Shown here: positions 1 to 9,631 of the stretch, piece after piece
How the letters are laid out: each line of letters starts with the position of its first letter
Numbering within the stretch: position 1 is the first letter of the stretch
DNA from: Thermostichus sp. DRC_bins_24
Lineage (GTDB): Bacteria; Cyanobacteriota; Cyanobacteriia; Thermostichales; Thermostichaceae
DNA: 13,423 nucleotides
Assembly: GCA_039794845.1 (NCBI GenBank)
Contig: JAUQVK010000105.1
Coordinates: 1 to 13,423, forward strand
Direction: 5' to 3'
The notes under the pieces: model-generated
Database searches by the model: none
Seen by the model: only the letters and a program-made list of their open reading frames with translations
What the model was told of the DNA's origin: nothing
Program-made: the position numbers and the translations under genes

Positions 1-1035
1 GCGGCCCACTGATTTATGCGCTCTTTTATGCGCTCTGCCGGTACGAAAACTTGGTGCTTTATCCCATCAATCCACGCATCCAACTACCGCAAAGCCTTTC
101 CACCCTCTCCTGCCAAGTCAGACCCAATGGATGCCCGCATCCTGGTCGAACTGCTGCAAAAGCACCAGGACAAACTTTCAGCCTGGCAGCCGGAAAGTGC
201 TCAGATGCGAGCATTCAGGCAGTGGGTTGAATCCAGACGGATGTTGGTCGGTGAGAAGGTCCGTCTGACCAATCGCATGAGTGCTGCGTAGTGCCATCAC
301 TCGTCGGATTGCCCAAATTGCCGCCTCTGGCATTCCCTTAACGAAAGACCCAGGCATTGTCGAACCGATGGGCTCGTGAAACCTTGATCGGTCAGTTAGA
401 GCCGTTACTCCTACGCTGAACGGAACTGACGCTCAAGATCGCTCGTTGTTTCACGGCACTTCCCGATGCAGGTTGGTTTGCAACCCTTCCCGGTGCTGGA
501 GAACATCTGGCTCCCCGGTTACGCCGCGTTGGGGGAAGACCGATCGCGTTTTTGGCATTGGGCCGGTCAAGGAGAGCAGTGGCAAGAAGAATTGGGTCCA
601 TTGGCGATGGAGTTATCCGATCTTCTTGTGACAGACGTTTGTGGAATGGGCAAATCAGGGTCGGCATCATTGTGCTTGGGCACAAGCGTATTGTCGAATG
701 CAAAGGAGTCAAGGGCAATTCTCATCCAGCGGCAATGCGGTCGTTCGCGTTCAAGTGGATACGGATTCTGTTTCGTTGTTGGCAGAATCGAGAGCCATAG
801 GATGAGGCGAAGTATGTTGCAACATTACCAACATTACAGTGTACAGCCCTTGCGCGGGTTTTCTGCAGCAAGGATTGTGCTTCCTCAGCCTTCTAGAGAG
901 AGGATCCTAACTCCCACAGTTGTTATACGTGACTAGCGGTGCCCTATGGGCCGCCATGGGCGAACGCGCCAGCGTGCCCTAGGCGTAAAGGGCTGTAAGG
1001 GTTCGCCAATTGTAAAGTTGCTAGGTGCAATTTGA
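1..1035 (+). pseudogene. IS110-family recombinase/transposase, degraded (5' part outside window; frameshifts, stops, internal deletions, MITE insertion)
   Basis: Fragments across frames give IS110 motifs: YPINP..NYRKAF...AKSDPMDA (DEDD domain), RRMLVGEKVRLTNR, LPGAGEHLAPRL, GEDRSRF, GIGPVKESSGK (Ser motif), AFKWIRILFRCWQNREP*DEAKY. Removing the 842-997 MITE restores ...LQCKGSPIVKLLGAI with TGA at 1033-1035. Confidence 0.9.
842..997. mobile_element. MITE A, copy 1 (156 bp including both TAs)
   Basis: Inverted termini TACAGCCCTT (842-851) / AAGGGCTGTA (988-997). TA duplication shown by restoration of the IS110 frame. Second copy, inverted, at 11650-11832. Confidence 0.9.
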
Positions 1036-1341
1036 GAAGGGAGTTCGGTTTTTATTGGAGATAAAGTTTATTGGAATTGGAGACAAAGTAGGAAAGATTG
1101 AAGGGATAGAAAATGCAACCTTGACCCCATCCTCCTCAGAGGCTATGTCTGGAGTGACTATGGCAGCTACAGTTGGCCACTTCCCCCCTCCTGAACCCGG
1201 ATTAGATCGACGGGGTAGCCAAGGAGAAAATCGGTGGCCTCCAAAATTAGGGTGGGGCCAAACAAGACAAACCCCGCCAGTAGAGCCAACAAGGGCAGGG
1301 TACTTTTGAGCATCCGGTCGTTCACAGCGTCCTCTCACACC

Positions 1342-1472
1342 TATAGTCATTGCCATTAAGGCTGAAACAGCTCCCTCACTCCTTTCGTGCAGCGTGGCAC
1401 CGGCCGTAGCCTCTCTCCCAGAGCGGGAGAGAGAAGTCAGAAAGTGTATCGTTCCTGCTTGGAGTGACTGTA
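1342..1472. mobile_element. Candidate degenerate TA-bounded MITE (element C) with an internal hairpin
   Basis: Imperfect inverted termini TATAGTCATTGC / GGAGTGACTGTA (9/12 match). Internal perfect 9-bp hairpin CTCTCTCCC-agagc-GGGAGAGAG at 1411-1433. Confidence 0.45.
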
Positions 1473-1607
1473 AAAGGCTGAAAACAGCAGCCCTCTCCCC
1501 GCTGTTTCTGTTCTAGCTTGACCGATGCGACGGCCCTTGGCAGCCTACTTAACGGTGTTTCTCACTGCCGAATCATGCAGAATGGGAACAGCCCCCGACT
1601 GAATACC

Positions 1608-2669
1608 ATGCCCAAGGTTCACGCTTCCACTGGTTTGCGCATTCTGATCGCGGCCACCCTGATGATCGGAGGTATGCTCAGTTGGCGGCAGGATCGCCTC
1701 TTGGCGGTGATGGGGTTGGCCAGTGCAGCGGCCATTTCCGCGTTTACCCGTCCGGCCATCCTGGCCTACAACCGCGGTCGAGAACGGTGGCTGAAACAGG
1801 ATATGCCGGGGGCGGTCGAACAGCTCAGCTTAGCGTTGCAACAGGATCCCCATCTGACCAATGCCTACCTTTTGCGGGGGAAAGCCTACTTTGCCCTTGA
1901 CCAAGTCCCCCAAGCCTTGGCGGATTTCAACCGAGCGATCGAATTGGCCCCGCGCCAGCTAGAGCCCTATTATTACCGCGCTCTGATGCGAATTGGCCAA
2001 GAGGATGTGGAAGGGGCCATTGCTGATTTCACCCAGTTGGTGGAGCTGCGTCCAAGCGCCACTCATCACCTCAGCTTGGCCCGTTTGCTGGCTCAGCAGG
2101 GATCCTTGACCACCGCCCTCACCCATTTGGATGAGGTGATTCGCTTGGATCCCACCTCAGCGGATGTCTATTCCCAACGGGCCAGCCTGCATGGCTACCT
2201 GGGGGAATGGGATGCCGCTCTGGCCGATTGGTCGGAGGCGATCCGCTTGGATCCCAGCCCAGCCCTCTACTACAACCGCGGTGTGACTTACTACTGTGCC
2301 GATCGCTACGACGAGGCGATTGCCGACCTGGGTCGCAGCCTCGAAGGGGAGCCGCAGCAGCCCAACACCCTCTATAACCGAGGCAATGCCCTCTATTTGT
2401 TGGGGGAGATCAAAGCCGCCCTCGATGATTACGACCGGGCCTTTCGCATCGAGGCGGATCTGAACCGCGTCGATCTTTCCGATGAGTATGGTCTGTACGG
2501 ACGGGGGGTAGCCTACTGCAATATGGGGGATAGGGCGACGGCTTTTGCTGATTTGCAAGCGGCTCTGGCGCTCTGCCGCAAGCACCACAATTTGGCTTTG
2601 GCGGAGCACATACGGTGGTTGTTGCTGCGTCTAGGGGATCCCAATCTGGAAGGAGAGCAATCTGCCTAG
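1608..2669 (+). CDS. Tetratricopeptide repeat protein with N-terminal membrane anchor (alternative start ATG 1575)
   Basis: Two short hydrophobic N-terminal segments, then about 8 TPR motifs ([51 protein letters not shown]). Confidence 0.88.
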   Translation: MPKVHASTGLRILIAATLMIGGMLSWRQDRLLAVMGLASAAAISAFTRPAILAYNRGRERWLKQDMPGAVEQLSLALQQDPHLTNAYLLRGKAYFALDQVPQALADFNRAIELAPRQLEPYYYRALMRIGQEDVEGAIADFTQLVELRPSATHHLSLARLLAQQGSLTTALTHLDEVIRLDPTSADVYSQRASLHGYLGEWDAALADWSEAIRLDPSPALYYNRGVTYYCADRYDEAIADLGRSLEGEPQQPNTLYNRGNALYLLGEIKAALDDYDRAFRIEADLNRVDLSDEYGLYGRGVAYCNMGDRATAFADLQAALALCRKHHNLALAEHIRWLLLRLGDPNLEGEQSA

Positions 2670-2757
2670 GAAGAGCCCGGCTCATGACACAATGGTGCAA
2701 AAATGCAAAGTAAAGTATTGCCCAGTTCCTTTTCTTTCCACAACCCCTTCTGCTGCC

Positions 2758-3282
2758 GTGAAACACACCCTCAGCGCCCTTGTGCAGGATCAGCCTGGAG
2801 TTTTAACCCGCATTGCCGGCATGTTCGCCCGCCGCGGGTTCAACATTGACAGCCTCACCGTCGGCCCCACCGAACGACCGGGGATTTCCCGCATCACCAT
2901 GGTGGTGCCGGGGGATGAACAGGATGTAGAGCAGATGACCAAGCAGCTCTACAAGCTCATTGATGTGCTGAAGGTTACCGATATTACCCACGTCCCCTGT
3001 GTGGAACGGGAGCTGATGTTGATCAAGGTGAATGCCAGCCCCGATACCCGCTCCGACATTATGGATGTGGCCCAGATGTTTCGCGCCCGTATTGTGGATG
3101 TGGCAGAAGAATCCTTGACCCTGGAGGTGACCGGGGATCCCGGCAAAATGGTGGCGATCATCAAAATGTTGACCAACTTCGGTATTCGCGAGATCGCCCG
3201 TACCGGTCTGGTGGCTCTCACCCGTGAGTCGGGGGTGAATACGGAATACTTGAAGCAGCAGCCCGTCTTGGCTACGGTTTGA
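2758..3282 (+). CDS. ilvN: Acetolactate synthase small (regulatory) subunit
   Basis: GTG start, then [35 protein letters not shown] (ACT domain), ERELMLIKV and [15 protein letters not shown], all typical of IlvH/IlvN. 174 aa. Confidence 0.96.
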   Translation: MKHTLSALVQDQPGVLTRIAGMFARRGFNIDSLTVGPTERPGISRITMVVPGDEQDVEQMTKQLYKLIDVLKVTDITHVPCVERELMLIKVNASPDTRSDIMDVAQMFRARIVDVAEESLTLEVTGDPGKMVAIIKMLTNFGIREIARTGLVALTRESGVNTEYLKQQPVLATV

Positions 3283-3309
3283 TGGTCTTTCTGGTTTGAT
3301 GGTCTTTCT
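3276..3309. repeat. Perfect 17-bp tandem duplication (GGTTTGATGGTCTTTCT x2) spanning the ilvN stop codon
   Basis: 3276-3292 is identical to 3293-3309. Confidence 0.9.
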
Positions 3310-3400
3310 ATTTTCCCAATCCCAATCCGAAAAAGCCGAGGAAACCCAAGGCCCGCCTGTTCGTTCGGCTGAACATCACGAACATCACAAGGAGGAGGCC

Positions 3401-3994
3401 ATGCCTAAGCCAGAGTGGAGCCGTCGCTACAGAAGATGGGCTCTCTGTGTCGTGGCGACGGTGCTGTTGGGGTTGCTGAGCGGCTGTGGCCCTAGGGCCC
3501 CGAAACCGATTGTGCAGCAGGCCCTAACTTATCAGATGTCTCATTTGTCGGCCCCTGTGGGATCCCTAGTGGGTAGCGACCAGCTGCCGGCTCGTCTGGA
3601 GCTGCGGGATGTGAAGATCCGCCAGGATCGCCGTGAGCCTTTGCTGTTGGCTTCGGGGGAAAAGCTGGAGGGCCATCACCTCTATGGTACTTACACCCTG
3701 ACCGTAAAGCCGCCGGGATCCCGTCGTGCTTACCGCCGCCAAGGGGATCCCTTTGAGCTCACCCTGGCCCACCAAAAAGCGCAATCTCAAGGTTCTGAAA
3801 CGCTGCCGGAACGGTGGCTACTGGCCTACAGATCTCCCGATCTCAAAACCTGGGAGATCGTTGACTTCTTGCCCCAGCCTGCCCCGCCACCGGAGCTGCC
3901 CCCTGCCGATGAGTCGGAACTCGCCCCCACCGGAACTGCTCCTACGGCAAGGGAAGGAGCACCCGAGCTCACCCCCGAAGCTTCTACCGCCTGA
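3401..3994 (+). CDS. Hypothetical lipoprotein with a Pro/acidic C-terminal tail
   Basis: GGAGGAGG ribosome-binding site before ATG 3401. Basic N-region, hydrophobic stretch and lipobox LLSG-C. Confidence 0.78.
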   Translation: MPKPEWSRRYRRWALCVVATVLLGLLSGCGPRAPKPIVQQALTYQMSHLSAPVGSLVGSDQLPARLELRDVKIRQDRREPLLLASGEKLEGHHLYGTYTLTVKPPGSRRAYRRQGDPFELTLAHQKAQSQGSETLPERWLLAYRSPDLKTWEIVDFLPQPAPPPELPPADESELAPTGTAPTAREGAPELTPEASTA

Positions 3995-4030
3995 AGACTG
4001 AGGGGGAACTGCCCCCATGCCCCAGAAGCG

Positions 4031-5167
4031 TTACCCCACCGCTTGGCATAGGGTTTCCAGCATGGCCTGTTCCTGAGAAGCCAGCTCCTGAATAGCCTGC
4101 TGGTACACCTGGGCGAGAGTGGCTCCTTGGTTAACCTGTTGCAGCCAGCGCTGAGCCTCGTTACCCTGTTTCAGCAGCGTTTGCAGGGGAGCCAAAAAGC
4201 AGCCCAGTCCTTGGGGTTGGCCGATGCGCCAAGCTTCCGTGAGCAGTTGCTCGATCCACTCCTGGGCGACCCGTTCATGGCCCGTTTGCCAATCGACCAG
4301 AGTAGCGTGCAGGGAGTTACGGGCGGCAGCTTGCTCGTTGTGGTCGCAAATCTTCTCCAATTCCGTCGGGGTAAAGGCCCCCAAGAAGGGATCCAACACC
4401 TCAGGATGGGCCAACAGTTGCCACAGCCGCGCCTCGATCAAGGCGGTAATCGCCAGGATCATTACCGGATCCCCCACCAGATCGCAAATGCGCAACTCCA
4501 CCCGGTTCAGGAGATGGGGCCGTTCCGGCCCGTTGGGTCGCACAGAGGCCCAGAGGTGGCGCACATTCTGCATCGTGCCCAGGGCCAACTGCTCCTGCAT
4601 CCAGGTGATGTAATGGGCGTGATCTCGAAACAGGGGCACCTGGGCTGGGGTTTTGGGGAACACCTGCCAACGGCTGGAATGGGATCCCGTTACTTGCCCG
4701 TTCAGAAAAGGCGAGGAAGCGCTCAGAGCTAGGTAAAGCGGTGCCTCAACGCGCAACAGGCGGCAGGCCCGGAAGATGGACTCAGTATCCGGCAAGCCGA
4801 CATTGATGTGAATGCTGGCGGTGACCACTTGGGTGCCGTAGGTGCGCTCGATATAGTCGTGGTAGGGGTTGCCCGGATCGGAACGCTCGAAGTGATCGGC
4901 ACCTCCCAAGGCAAGGGTGCTACCCGGCAGAAGGGTGTAGGGGCCAAGGCTACGCAAAAATTGCCGCAACTGAGTGCGGGGCCGCAAGAGGGCACAGATC
5001 AGATCTTCGTAGCGGCGGAGGGGAGGGGTGATGTACTCAACATTGCGTCGATCCGGCTCCCGCACAAACCCCGGCAACGCCTGGCAAATGCGATCCGACA
5101 AACCCACCACCTCCCCTGTGGCGGTGCCGGTGTACATTTCCACCTCAAAGCCCTTCGTCAACAGCAC
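4031..5167 (-). CDS. gshA: Glutamate--cysteine ligase, cyanobacterial type (GCS2 family)
   Basis: GTG start, then LLTKGFEVEMYTG, EPDRRNVEY, VVTASIHINVG, LALSASSPF, HLWASVRPNG and NRVELRICDL. Confidence 0.93.
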   Translation of the reverse strand: MLLTKGFEVEMYTGTATGEVVGLSDRICQALPGFVREPDRRNVEYITPPLRRYEDLICALLRPRTQLRQFLRSLGPYTLLPGSTLALGGADHFERSDPGNPYHDYIERTYGTQVVTASIHINVGLPDTESIFRACRLLRVEAPLYLALSASSPFLNGQVTGSHSSRWQVFPKTPAQVPLFRDHAHYITWMQEQLALGTMQNVRHLWASVRPNGPERPHLLNRVELRICDLVGDPVMILAITALIEARLWQLLAHPEVLDPFLGAFTPTELEKICDHNEQAAARNSLHATLVDWQTGHERVAQEWIEQLLTEAWRIGQPQGLGCFLAPLQTLLKQGNEAQRWLQQVNQGATLAQVYQQAIQELASQEQAMLETLCQAVG

Positions 5168-5294
5168 AGGCCAGCCTCCAGCCACAGCCTCAACAGTCTA
5201 ACCTTTCCCCGATGGCGCATCTTCCGGCGCTACCGGATCCACCCCCCGGCTTTTACGACCTATATGATCTACAAGATAATCTCAGGGATCCCCG

Positions 5295-6278
5295 GTGGAC
5301 TTCAGCATCATCATTCCCACCTACAATCGTCGCCCCATCTTGGAGCAATGCCTGCAAGCTTTGGCCCAGCAACAGCCCGGCCCCTATCAAGGCTATGAAG
5401 TGGTGGTGGTGGATGACGGTTCTACCGATGGCACGGTGGAGTGGCTGCAAACGGCCTCTTTGGGCTTACCCAAGCTGAAGTTGCTACGCCAAGAGCACCA
5501 AGGCCCCGCCGCCGCTCGTAACCTCGGATTTCGCCATGCCCAGGGATCCATCATCATCTTTATCGACAGTGACCTGGTGGTGGTGGATCACTTCTTGGCC
5601 AGCCATGCCCAGATGCTGCAACAACAGGGGGTGACAGGGGATCCCAACCTTACCCATGAAGGTAAGGTATTTACCTACGGGCGGGTGATCAACACCAGCA
5701 ATTTTGAGGATCCCCGTTCCGAACCCTTCAAACCCACAGACTTTTCGGCAGCCTTTTTCGCCACCGGCAATGTCGCCATTGCCCGCCATTGGTTGCAGTT
5801 GGCCTCAGAAACCGCCGCGGGCCCCTTCGACGAACGCTTTCAGCAGTACGGCTGGGAAGACCTGGAATTGGGGGTGCGGCTGAAACGCTTGGGCCTGAAA
5901 TTGGTGAAATGTCCCCAGGCGGCGGGCTATCACTGGCATCCCCCCTTTGAGCTGAAGCAGATCCCCGGGTTGATCGAGCGGGAACGGCAACGGGGCCGTA
6001 TGGGCATCCTCTTCTATCAAAAGCACCCCACTTGGGAGGTGCGCCTGATGATCCAACTGACGCCGCTGCACCAAATCCTCTGGGGTTTGTTGTCGCTGGG
6101 GGGTTGGCTCAACGAGAAACGAGTCGAACCCCTGTTGCGCTGGCTGATCGCCCAGGGGCGATCCGAACTGGCCCTGGAACTGTGTCGGGTGTTTTTCTTG
6201 AACTGGTACAACGTGCAGGCAGTTTATGCAGCCTACAGAGCAATGAAAGACCGAAACAACGGGATCCACTCCACCTGA
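5295..6278 (+). CDS. Glycosyltransferase family 2 protein
   Basis: SIIIPTYNR, VVVVDDGSTDGT, GPAAARNLG, FIDSD (DxD), FDERFQQYGWEDLELG. Confidence 0.93.
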   Translation: MDFSIIIPTYNRRPILEQCLQALAQQQPGPYQGYEVVVVDDGSTDGTVEWLQTASLGLPKLKLLRQEHQGPAAARNLGFRHAQGSIIIFIDSDLVVVDHFLASHAQMLQQQGVTGDPNLTHEGKVFTYGRVINTSNFEDPRSEPFKPTDFSAAFFATGNVAIARHWLQLASETAAGPFDERFQQYGWEDLELGVRLKRLGLKLVKCPQAAGYHWHPPFELKQIPGLIERERQRGRMGILFYQKHPTWEVRLMIQLTPLHQILWGLLSLGGWLNEKRVEPLLRWLIAQGRSELALELCRVFFLNWYNVQAVYAAYRAMKDRNNGIHST

Positions 6279-7096
6279 GCGGCCAACAGGGCGGGGTAAG
6301 CCAAGCGGCCATAATCTTTGCCGGGGATCAACGCCTGCCCCGGATCGGGGTCGCCCGCGGCGAGGGGTTCCCAGATGGCACCTGCCCCCTGCACAATCGC
6401 CCACACAGCCGCTACATCCCAAATCTTTGGCGACCGTTCCACCGCTCCCAAAAGGGCGCCAGAAGCCACCGACAGCATGTTGTAGGCGGCTCCCCCCAGC
6501 ATGCGGGCCTTACAGGGAAATTGTGGGCTGATCCAATGGCTGCTGCGGGAACAGAAATTGAACAGTTGGTTAGGGCCGGGATGGGCGGTACTGGGGCAAA
6601 TCCGCTTGGGATGGACGGGATCCTGGTCGTGGCGGATGAGAAACGCCGCTGCCGGGGGATCTCCTGGGGAATGGGGACAATAGCCATAAAAGGTTTGGCG
6701 AATCGGCGGCAAATGCACACAGCCAAACACCGGCAAGCCCCGGTGCAACAAAGCTAGAGAACTACCCCAGATCGGGATCCCACGGGCAAAATTGGTGGTG
6801 CCATCCAGCGGATCCACCACCCAACACCATTCCGTCTCCGGGAAAATGTGGTTGGATTCCTCGCTCAGGTAACCGTGCTCGGGAAAAGCAGCGGTGATCG
6901 CCTTTTGAAAAGTGTGATCCGCCCATTCGTCGGAAGGGGTAACCAAGCTGCCATCGGCTTTTTCCGTGGGCTGGGCCTGCCCAAAATCCGCCAAAAGCTG
7001 GGATCCCACCTGAGCCGTAATCCGCAGGGCAAATTCGGTTACTTCAAGCCAAAAGGGGGATAGCCCTGGAAGGGCAGTTGCAGAAGGAGCATTCAT
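6233..7096 (-). CDS. Inositol monophosphatase family protein
   Basis: KADGSLVT, LSEE, WVVDPLDGTTNF and KIWDVAA motifs. Overlaps the convergent GT2 gene by 46 bp. Confidence 0.93.
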   Translation of the reverse strand: MNAPSATALPGLSPFWLEVTEFALRITAQVGSQLLADFGQAQPTEKADGSLVTPSDEWADHTFQKAITAAFPEHGYLSEESNHIFPETEWCWVVDPLDGTTNFARGIPIWGSSLALLHRGLPVFGCVHLPPIRQTFYGYCPHSPGDPPAAAFLIRHDQDPVHPKRICPSTAHPGPNQLFNFCSRSSHWISPQFPCKARMLGGAAYNMLSVASGALLGAVERSPKIWDVAAVWAIVQGAGAIWEPLAAGDPDPGQALIPGKDYGRLAYPALLAAQVEWIPLFRSFIAL

Positions 7097-7234
7097 GCCC
7101 CAATCCTAACGGGATCCCGTCCCTTTGGTGCAGCAAAGTGTTGGCAGCGGCCCTTGATCTCCCAGAAACAAGCCTTGAGACCTCAAGCTGACTAGAATCG
7201 TAGTTGAGCTATCGACGGCTGGCCGCCCTCCTCC

Positions 7235-9241
7235 ATGAACCAGCGCCTGATTGGACAACTGATTGGCAACCGCTACCGATTGACTTACCACGTCAGCGAA
7301 GGCGGCTATGGCAACGTGTTTAAGGCAGTCGATACCCAGTTGAATGACGAATTGGTCGCGGTGAAGTTGTTGCGTCCGCCGCCACCGGATATGGGGCCGG
7401 AGTATTATCAGCAACTGCAGCAACGCTTTATGGATGAGGCGAGGGTTAGCGCTTTACTGGGGGAGCATCCCAACATTGTGCAGGTGCGCTCCTATGGGAT
7501 GTACCAAAACCAGCCCTACCTGGTGATGGAGTACCTGAATGCCAAACCCTACTCCGGCCAGGGATTGGACTATGTGCTCACCCGAGAGGGCCCTTTAGAT
7601 CCAGAACGGGTGGTCAAGTTGGCCCTACAAATTTGTTCAGCCCTTCACCACGCCCACAACTTCCGGATGGATTTGGGCAAGCATTCGATTCAGGGAGTTA
7701 TCCACCGCGATATCAAGCCCAGCAATATCTTCGTCCAGAAAGGGCCGGACGGAAAAGAGCGGATCAAGATCCTGGACTTCGGCATTTCCAAACTGATGGG
7801 GGAAACCTCCCGTGGCCTCACCCAAACGGGATATTTCTTGGGTACGATGGTCTACGCTTCGCCGGAGCAAATGCGCGGAGAAAAGCTGGATGCTCGCTCC
7901 GATATTTATTCTCTTGGGTTGCTTCTGTACGAGTTGCTAACGGGCGTATTGCCCTTCGAGCCGGATACGGATAGTTTGCAGGGCTGGTACCATGTTCACA
8001 ACTTCCAAAAGCCCCGCCCTTTTCGAGAGCACAAGCTGCCCCACCCCATTCCAGATGCCCTGGAAAAGGTGATATTCAGCTGTCTGGAAAAAGACCCTGC
8101 CCTCCGGCCCCCCGATATGGAGGTGCTCAGCCAGCAGTTACGCGCCGTTTACGGGGATCAGATCGCCTCTCCCAGCACGCCAGCCCGCTCTGCTCCCCCC
8201 CAAAGTATCCGTCCGCAACGGATCCCGACCGGGTTTGGCCAACAGGCCACCCGACAGCCGTCGGGTCAAGCGGCCCCCAAGGCGGAGGTGGATGAAGAAG
8301 ATTTTCTGCGGGCGGTGCGTTTGATTGAAGAAGGTGAGTATAAGGTCGCTGTGCACCTCCTCAACCAGATGATCCAACTCGCCCCCAATGAGGCCCGCTA
8401 CTACCTTTACCGGGGGCTGGCCCACCAGCGGCAAGGGCATTGGGGGCTGGCCCAGATGGACTATCAAGGGGTACTGCGCTTAGAGCCGGATAACCTTTCG
8501 GCAGAGCAGGGCCTGCAGGAGGTGGAGCAGCAGGTCGGGCAGGAGTATTTCAACAGCAAATCGGGCTCCCGCATTTTGCATACCCCTCAGTTGAGCAAGG
8601 GCTTGGCCTTGGGCTGGTTGGGGGCCAATTTGGGGGCTGCTGGGATCAGCTACCTGGGGCTGGGGGCGTTGGCTCCCGTTCTCGGAACCTTGGAAGCACT
8701 CCAAGGGGCTGTGGCCGGGGCTCTCCTGGGCTTGGTGATGGGGCTGCTGCAGTGGGTGGTGTTGCGGCGACGGGTTTCGGTCTGGTGGGTAGCCGCGACT
8801 CTGTTGGCAACGGCTGTGGGCTGGATGGCGGCTGATCTCTTGGCCCCTCTGCTGGGGATGGTTAGCCCCACCTTCAACCCGAGCGCTCCTCTGCTCCAAA
8901 ATGCCTTGCAAGCCATGGGCAACCTGCCCCGCGGTTTGCTGGTGGGGGTTTGCGTGGGTGGGCTGCAGTGGGCTCTATTGTCTCAGCATTGGCAAGGCAC
9001 CCGGGCCTGGATTTTGGCGGCAGTGACAGAAGGAGGAGTGTCCGCTCTGCTGATGGGTTCGCTGATGGCCATCCCTGCCTTGAACAGTGGATTGCTGTTG
9101 ATACTGGGGCTACTGACCCAAACACGCCCCCTCAGCGCAATGATGCTGGTGAATCTGCGACGGATCCCTGCTGCCGAACGCAAGAAACACACTGCCAAAT
9201 CCGGTGTGGATCCCACTCAAAACAATCGCAGGCTCAAGTAG
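7235..9241 (+). CDS. Serine/threonine protein kinase (Hanks type) with TPR repeats and a C-terminal multi-pass membrane domain
   Basis: [37 protein letters not shown]. Then a Pro-rich linker, TPRs ([23 protein letters not shown]) and about 5-6 hydrophobic helices. Confidence 0.93.
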   Translation: MNQRLIGQLIGNRYRLTYHVSEGGYGNVFKAVDTQLNDELVAVKLLRPPPPDMGPEYYQQLQQRFMDEARVSALLGEHPNIVQVRSYGMYQNQPYLVMEYLNAKPYSGQGLDYVLTREGPLDPERVVKLALQICSALHHAHNFRMDLGKHSIQGVIHRDIKPSNIFVQKGPDGKERIKILDFGISKLMGETSRGLTQTGYFLGTMVYASPEQMRGEKLDARSDIYSLGLLLYELLTGVLPFEPDTDSLQGWYHVHNFQKPRPFREHKLPHPIPDALEKVIFSCLEKDPALRPPDMEVLSQQLRAVYGDQIASPSTPARSAPPQSIRPQRIPTGFGQQATRQPSGQAAPKAEVDEEDFLRAVRLIEEGEYKVAVHLLNQMIQLAPNEARYYLYRGLAHQRQGHWGLAQMDYQGVLRLEPDNLSAEQGLQEVEQQVGQEYFNSKSGSRILHTPQLSKGLALGWLGANLGAAGISYLGLGALAPVLGTLEALQGAVAGALLGLVMGLLQWVVLRRRVSVWWVAATLLATAVGWMAADLLAPLLGMVSPTFNPSAPLLQNALQAMGNLPRGLLVGVCVGGLQWALLSQHWQGTRAWILAAVTEGGVSALLMGSLMAIPALNSGLLLILGLLTQTRPLSAMMLVNLRRIPAAERKKHTAKSGVDPTQNNRRLK

Positions 9242-9299
9242 AATCTTCCTCGTCACTGGCGATATCGCTTCAGATCCTACCGAATCATATCCAAACAGC

Positions 9300-9327
9300 A
9301 AAAAGACCCTCATTCGAGAGCCCTTTT
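9300..9327 (-). terminator. Intrinsic terminator downstream of the 6S RNA
   Basis: Minus-strand RNA AAAAGGGCUCUC-GAAU-GAGGGUCUUUUU pairs fully using three G-U wobbles, which become C-A mismatches on the + strand. It ends in a U tract. Confidence 0.75.
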
Positions 9328-9328
9328 G

Positions 9329-9514
9329 AAGATCCTATTGCGCCGTTTTACCGCGGTTTTCGACCTGGGGAATCCAGTTTAGGACATCGGGGATGATTGT
9401 TGATAGTTTCCAAACTGAATTTGGCTTACTGCTCTCACATCCACATCCCATCCTACTTGTCGAAAGGTATAGATCGGAAAAACATAACGGCAGTCACCAA
9501 CGCCGCAGAATCCT
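9329..9514 (-). ncRNA. ssrS: 6S RNA (cyanobacterial 6Sa / ssaA)
   Basis: 186-nt rod. The 5' AGGAUUCU pairs with the 3' AGGAUCUU, followed by UGCCGUU/AACGGCG and UUUUcCGAUCU/AGGUCGAAAA. A central bubble is followed by UAGGA..GGGAUG/CAUCCC..UCCUA. A -10 TATGAT lies just upstream and a terminator just downstream. GGTGACTGCCGTT and GTAAAACGGCG resemble cyanobacterial 6S as I recall it. Confidence 0.85.
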
Positions 9515-9520
9515 GCCCTG

Positions 9521-9547
9521 ATCATACCTCATTCCTTCCTTTGGCAA
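9521..9547 (-). promoter_or_regulatory. Putative sigma70-type promoter of ssrS
   Basis: -10 TATGAT (9526-9521) with 6 nt between it and the predicted 5' end at 9514. TTGCCA at 9547-9542, but the spacer is only 15 nt. Confidence 0.55.
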
Positions 9548-9631
9548 GGTCGGGATCCGGCATCTGTCCGGCTGATCCGGTTCCGCAACCATTCGGGCTA
9601 CGATGAGAGGCGGTCGGATCCTCTTTCTGCC

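Noticed and set aside
392..936. ORFs 392-718, 446-631, 466-936 and 552-800 as independent genes
   Set aside because: They are frameshifted pieces or shadows of the IS110 pseudogene.
1021..1356. ORFs 1021-1356 (-) and 1025-1309 (+)
   Set aside because: No recognisable domain. They overlap the IS110 end and the edge of element C, so they are probably non-coding.
2692..2757. N-terminal extension of ilvN or a leader peptide
   Set aside because: Homology starts at GTG 2758. No Ile/Leu/Val-rich leader or attenuator hairpin is visible.
4127..5398. Long + strand ORFs opposite gshA
   Set aside because: Antisense shadows of a GC-rich gene with no protein-like motifs.
6233..6278. 46-bp convergent overlap of the GT2 and IMPase genes as a regulatory device
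   Set aside because: Short tail-to-tail overlaps are common in compact genomes, and there is no further evidence.
9397..9606. 69-aa ORF in the kinase-Yip1 intergenic region
   Set aside because: It is antisense to the 6S RNA, has a TTG start and no recognisable features.
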